Assembly: GCA_001771575.1 (NCBI GenBank)
Contig: MEUD01000001.1
Location: 415,277 to 479,276, forward strand
Length of the DNA stretch: 64,000 nucleotides
Direction of reading: 5' to 3'
Source: a candidate division WOR-1 bacterium RIFOXYB2_FULL_45_9
GTDB taxonomy: Bacteria; Margulisbacteria; WOR-1; O2-12-FULL-45-9; XYB2-FULL-48-7
Both the position numbers and the translations under genes were made by a program. Numbering within the stretch: the stretch's first letter is position 1; each line of letters begins with the position of its first letter. Below, piece by piece: positions 60,885-64,000 of the stretch. The notes beneath the pieces were generated by a model, which ran no database searches, had not been told where the DNA came from, and worked only from the letters and a program-made list of their open reading frames with translations.

Positions 60885-61340
60885 TTATCGATTCCCTTTG
60901 CGTATTTTATTCCAATTTTCCTTCTCTGTCTTGCGGAATTTCTCCTTTTGTTCAGGGGTCAATATTCCCCAGAATTTGAGGAGGAAATCGGTCCGTTTCA
61001 ACTCCGAGTTGAGCCGGTTTTTGTTGATCTCCTTCAAATAACCTTCGATCGCTCCCCGGTCAGGCTTATCTTTGGTCATTTCGGTTCGCATCTTCATCAT
61101 CAGCTCTTCGTTCTTCTGCCTTGACGGCAAAAGGTCCCGCTCCATCGCCTGGCGGCTCTCCAGCAGTTTTGTCTTCTGCTCCGCGGTCAGGTTGAGGTCC
61201 TTAAAGATCCTCTCCGGGCCCATCTTTTCCCCCCTCATCATCCCCTTCCCCATATTCGGCCGGACCGCTTCCGCCGGGACCGCCAAAGAACCAAGCAAAC
61301 CGATCATTAGTAAACAAACGAGCAAACTATTAAACTTCAT
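60885..61340 (-). CDS. Spy/CpxP/ZraP-family periplasmic protein
   Basis: Signal peptide, then LTxEQKxK repeats (LNLTAEQKTKLL, LTPEQKEKF). Start set at the internal Met (MKFNSLL). Confidence 0.6.
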   Translation of the reverse strand: MKFNSLLVCLLMIGLLGSLAVPAEAVRPNMGKGMMRGEKMGPERIFKDLNLTAEQKTKLLESRQAMERDLLPSRQKNEELMMKMRTEMTKDKPDRGAIEGYLKEINKNRLNSELKRTDFLLKFWGILTPEQKEKFRKTEKENWNKIRKGNR

Positions 61341-61421
61341 TTTTATTCCTCCCTTAATATCCAACTTTGCCCGACTATCCTTTCTTAATATCATTAGACA
61401 AAGCGCCGGACAAAAAAGTTC

Positions 61422-61703
61422 CTAGTTCTCAAAAATAAAGTTCTCCAGCGCTCTTCCGCCGCTCTCGTCCTGGACCACGAACGAGACCAGCGCGCCGCCA
61501 TCGTCCTGGCTGGAGGAGAAATAGTCGGCCGCGGGGAGAGCGACGATAAAAAGGACCGCGATCACAAGCAGAGGGGCCGCCAGTTGGACGATTAGGAACG
61601 ACCGGCGGGCCGCTTTCTGCTCGATCTGATGATAAAGCTGGTTATAATCGACGGGGGGGGCGCTTTTCTTCAGCCCCTGGATATATTTATCGTAGCTAAC
61701 CAT
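61422..61703 (-). CDS. putative anti-sigma factor (single-TM small protein)
   Basis: 93 aa with one TM helix. It lies immediately downstream of, and overlaps by 8 nt, the ECF sigma factor gene. Confidence 0.5.
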   Translation of the reverse strand: MVSYDKYIQGLKKSAPPVDYNQLYHQIEQKAARRSFLIVQLAAPLLVIAVLFIVALPAADYFSSSQDDGGALVSFVVQDESGGRALENFIFEN

Positions 61704-62175
61704 TTTTCATCACTTCCTTTTTCACGATCTCCCGACCCCGGTGGAGGTTGGATTTCACCGTCCCGATCGGCAATCCGGTCAGTTCCGCGATCTCTTCCAG
61801 CGGTCGTTCCTCAACATCGGCCAGTAGCAGGACCATCCGCTGGCGCGGGTTCAGTTTGGAGAGAGGGACCGAAAGGTCGTCCACCGCTTCCGGGGGATGT
61901 TCGTAAACCACCCGCAGGGCCGCCAAGATCTGCCTCCCTTTCCGATAGAGGGTCTGCTTTTTAGCGTAATTGATCGCGGCGTTGACCGTCACCCGATAGA
62001 TCCAGGTCTCGACTTTTGCCTCACCCCGGAAATTCTTGAGCGCTTTGTGGACCGCCAGCCAAACTTCCTGGAAAAGGTCTTCCCGATCTTCCCGGTCAAA
62101 AACATAACGGGAGGCGATCCGCCAGACTTTTTCTTTGTGCGCCTCGTAAAGAGAGGCAAATTCAAGTGGTGACAT
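61696..62175 (-). CDS. ECF-subfamily RNA polymerase sigma factor
   Basis: 159 aa with sigma-70 region 2 (DLFQEVWLAVHKAL) and a region 4 HTH (EIAELTGLPIGTVKSNLHRGR). Confidence 0.85.
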   Translation of the reverse strand: MSPLEFASLYEAHKEKVWRIASRYVFDREDREDLFQEVWLAVHKALKNFRGEAKVETWIYRVTVNAAINYAKKQTLYRKGRQILAALRVVYEHPPEAVDDLSVPLSKLNPRQRMVLLLADVEERPLEEIAELTGLPIGTVKSNLHRGREIVKKEVMKNG

Positions 62176-62226
62176 ACCCTTCTCCTAGCTGTTTAGACAA
62201 TCGCCGGCAGAAAAAAGTTCCAAAGA

Positions 62227-62979
62227 TCAATGAGCAATAAAGAGCAGGGCGACCATTATCCCAAGCCCGCAGATGATCGCGGTCAGCTGTTTCCACGATT
62301 CTACCGCCTCGCAGGAATCATGCAAGGCGGGGATCAGGTCGGAGCCGGCCATGTAGATAAAACCGCCGGCGGTGATCGGCATCAGATAAAGGGCGTAATC
62401 TTTGACGAACGGACCGATGGTCAGGGAGATAACCGCCCCCGCCACCGCCAGGACAGCCGATAAAAAATTAAACAACAGGGCGCGCCGGACCGTCAGGCCG
62501 CCATGGACCAAAACCCCAAAATCCCCGATCTCCTGCGGGATCTCGTGAAGGATGACCGCCAGGGTCGTCGCCAGGCCGATCGGCAGACTGACCAGATAGC
62601 TCGCCCCAATGATCATCCCGTCAATCAAATTGTGGACGGCGTCGCCGATCAGGTTCATAAAGACGACCGGATGAGGATGATGCTCGGAGGTTGGGACGTG
62701 GCAGTGGCGCCAGCGGACAAATTTTTCCAGGATGAAAAACATGAGGATCCCGGCCAGGATCAACAGCGACACCAATAATTTATCGCCGAAGCTTTCGAAC
62801 GCCTCCGGGATCAGGTGAATAAAGGCATCGCCAAAAAGACCGCCAACGGCAAAGCTGACCAAAACAAGCAGGATCTCTCCCAATTTTGACCGGTTCAGGG
62901 AAAGAGTAAAGACACCGATCAGCGAGATCAAACTGACCAGCGCCACCGACAGCAATGACCAACCCCATATTTCCAGCAT
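62227..62979 (-). CDS. zupT: ZIP-family zinc/metal transporter
   Basis: 250 aa with ZIP signature helices (HNLIDGMIIG, HEIPQEIGDF). Confidence 0.8.
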   Translation of the reverse strand: MLEIWGWSLLSVALVSLISLIGVFTLSLNRSKLGEILLVLVSFAVGGLFGDAFIHLIPEAFESFGDKLLVSLLILAGILMFFILEKFVRWRHCHVPTSEHHPHPVVFMNLIGDAVHNLIDGMIIGASYLVSLPIGLATTLAVILHEIPQEIGDFGVLVHGGLTVRRALLFNFLSAVLAVAGAVISLTIGPFVKDYALYLMPITAGGFIYMAGSDLIPALHDSCEAVESWKQLTAIICGLGIMVALLFIAH

Positions 62980-62988
62980 TTTTTCCTC

Positions 62989-64000
62989 CTAAAGCGAAAT
63001 GATCGGTTCTCCCTGGTGCTGGAGAGCGATAAACATCAATAAATAATTTCGCATTTTCCTGGTGATCAAAAACTTTTCCCGCACGTGCTCGTGCCCGTAT
63101 TTACCGAGCCTTTCGGCCGCGGCCGGATTGTTCAACAAATATCTTATCTGGTAGGCAACCCCTTCCACGGAGTGGGCCAGCAGTCCGGTTAAATTATGAA
63201 TGACCTGGAGCGGAATCCCGCCGACCGCGGTCGCCACGACCGGCTTACTTTTCCAGAGCGCTTCGGTCACCGTCAAGCCAAAGCCCTCTCTAAGCGACTT
63301 CTGCAAAACAATGGTCGAGGCCCGCTGGAGAGCGTTGACCTCCAGATCGGCGAACGGCGGCAGAAGAAGAATATGGAAATTAGGATCGTTCCCCACCCGC
63401 TCCTGAAGTTCGGCCAGGACCTTGTTACTTTCCGGATCGTCGCTCGCGGTCCCGCCGGCGTAGACAAAGCGGCAATCGGCGTGCCTCTTGACCAATTTAT
63501 AAGCTTCATAAACCCCGATCGGGTCTTTGAGGTAATCAAAGCGGGAGACCTGGGTGACGATCGGTTTGTCGGTCGGGATCGAGTATTTCCTTAGAACGGC
63601 ATCGATCTCGCTCCGGGTCAGCTCCCGGTTCTTGTCGGCAAAGGGATCGATCGCCGGATAGATCAGGTATTGGGCGATCGGCAGTTCCTTGGCAAAACTT
63701 GGTGACGAATAGATCGAAGCGTCGTACCGCGCGATAAATTGTTTTAAAAATTCCCAGAGTACCGGGTCCGGATTGGCGGTGTCGATATGACAGCGCCAGA
63801 TCCATTTGGCGTTCCCCTCTTTTTTCTTGGCGATCAACGGGAGAGGCTGGGGGTCGTGGATCACGACAAAATCATCGTCAAAGACCATTTCTTTTTCGTT
63901 CTGAGCGTTGGTTTCCAGGAAAGAATCGAACATCTCCCTGGTTATTTCCACCTTGGTCCCGTGTAGAGCGTTGTGAAACGCTTTGGTAATATTAAAAAAG
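62989..64000 (-). CDS. GT4-family glycosyltransferase (partial; N-terminus beyond the window edge)
   Basis: C-terminal GT-B domain with the E-x7-E-like motif (EGFGLTVTEAL). The reading frame stays open to the window end. Confidence 0.65.
   Translation of the reverse strand, partial: FFNITKAFHNALHGTKVEITREMFDSFLETNAQNEKEMVFDDDFVVIHDPQPLPLIAKKKEGNAKWIWRCHIDTANPDPVLWEFLKQFIARYDASIYSSPSFAKELPIAQYLIYPAIDPFADKNRELTRSEIDAVLRKYSIPTDKPIVTQVSRFDYLKDPIGVYEAYKLVKRHADCRFVYAGGTASDDPESNKVLAELQERVGNDPNFHILLLPPFADLEVNALQRASTIVLQKSLREGFGLTVTEALWKSKPVVATAVGGIPLQVIHNLTGLLAHSVEGVAYQIRYLLNNPAAAERLGKYGHEHVREKFLITRKMRNYLLMFIALQHQGEPIISL

Overview
This is a bacterial chromosomal segment, roughly mid-50s %GC by eye, with most genes on the minus strand. 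The envelope looks diderm: TolC, MacAB, and several small secreted beta-rich proteins are present.

Gene order, left to right:
- nnrD' (partial), acpS, ilvE, argS.
- A ytxH/DUF948/ytxH small-protein triad.
- pheA, dCMP deaminase, and a split transketolase.
- A partial dcw cluster: murB-murC-murG-ftsW-murD-mraY.
- A 23S-5S rRNA operon with no 16S nearby.
- moeB, a UPF0016/GDT1 transporter, and tRNA-Asn(GTT).
- A roughly 9.5 kb visibly AT-rich island (21.5-30.9 kb), described below.
- Housekeeping genes:
  - a short mscS-like gene and rsgA;
  - a MarR regulator and a pentapeptide-repeat protein;
  - corA and a GIY-YIG protein;
  - mtnB-like, mtnA, apt, mtnP;
  - a SAM methyltransferase and a PC4-like small ORF;
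  - two paralogous alpha/beta hydrolases;
  - purQ, purS, purB, ispG, purC;
  - a Met-rich DUF4412-like protein and an M23 peptidase;
  - polX and rnhA;
  - RNase P RNA, which the ORF track misses;
  - glpK, glpA-like, a FAD/NAD oxidoreductase, and a DUF1667 protein;
  - macB, macA, tolC, a Spy/CpxP-like protein, and an anti-sigma/ECF sigma pair;
  - zupT;
  - a partial GT4 glycosyltransferase.

The AT-rich island carries one tightly packed, same-strand operon: hsdM, a coiled-coil 2-TM protein, hsdS, a reverse transcriptase with RT motifs A/B/C (YADD), hsdR, a PD-(D/E)xK-like protein, and a tiny TM peptide. This RT-containing type I restriction-modification (R-M) operon is the most unusual system in the window.

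Several promoters place TATAAT-like boxes 6-8 nt before the ATG, which suggests frequent leaderless mRNAs.
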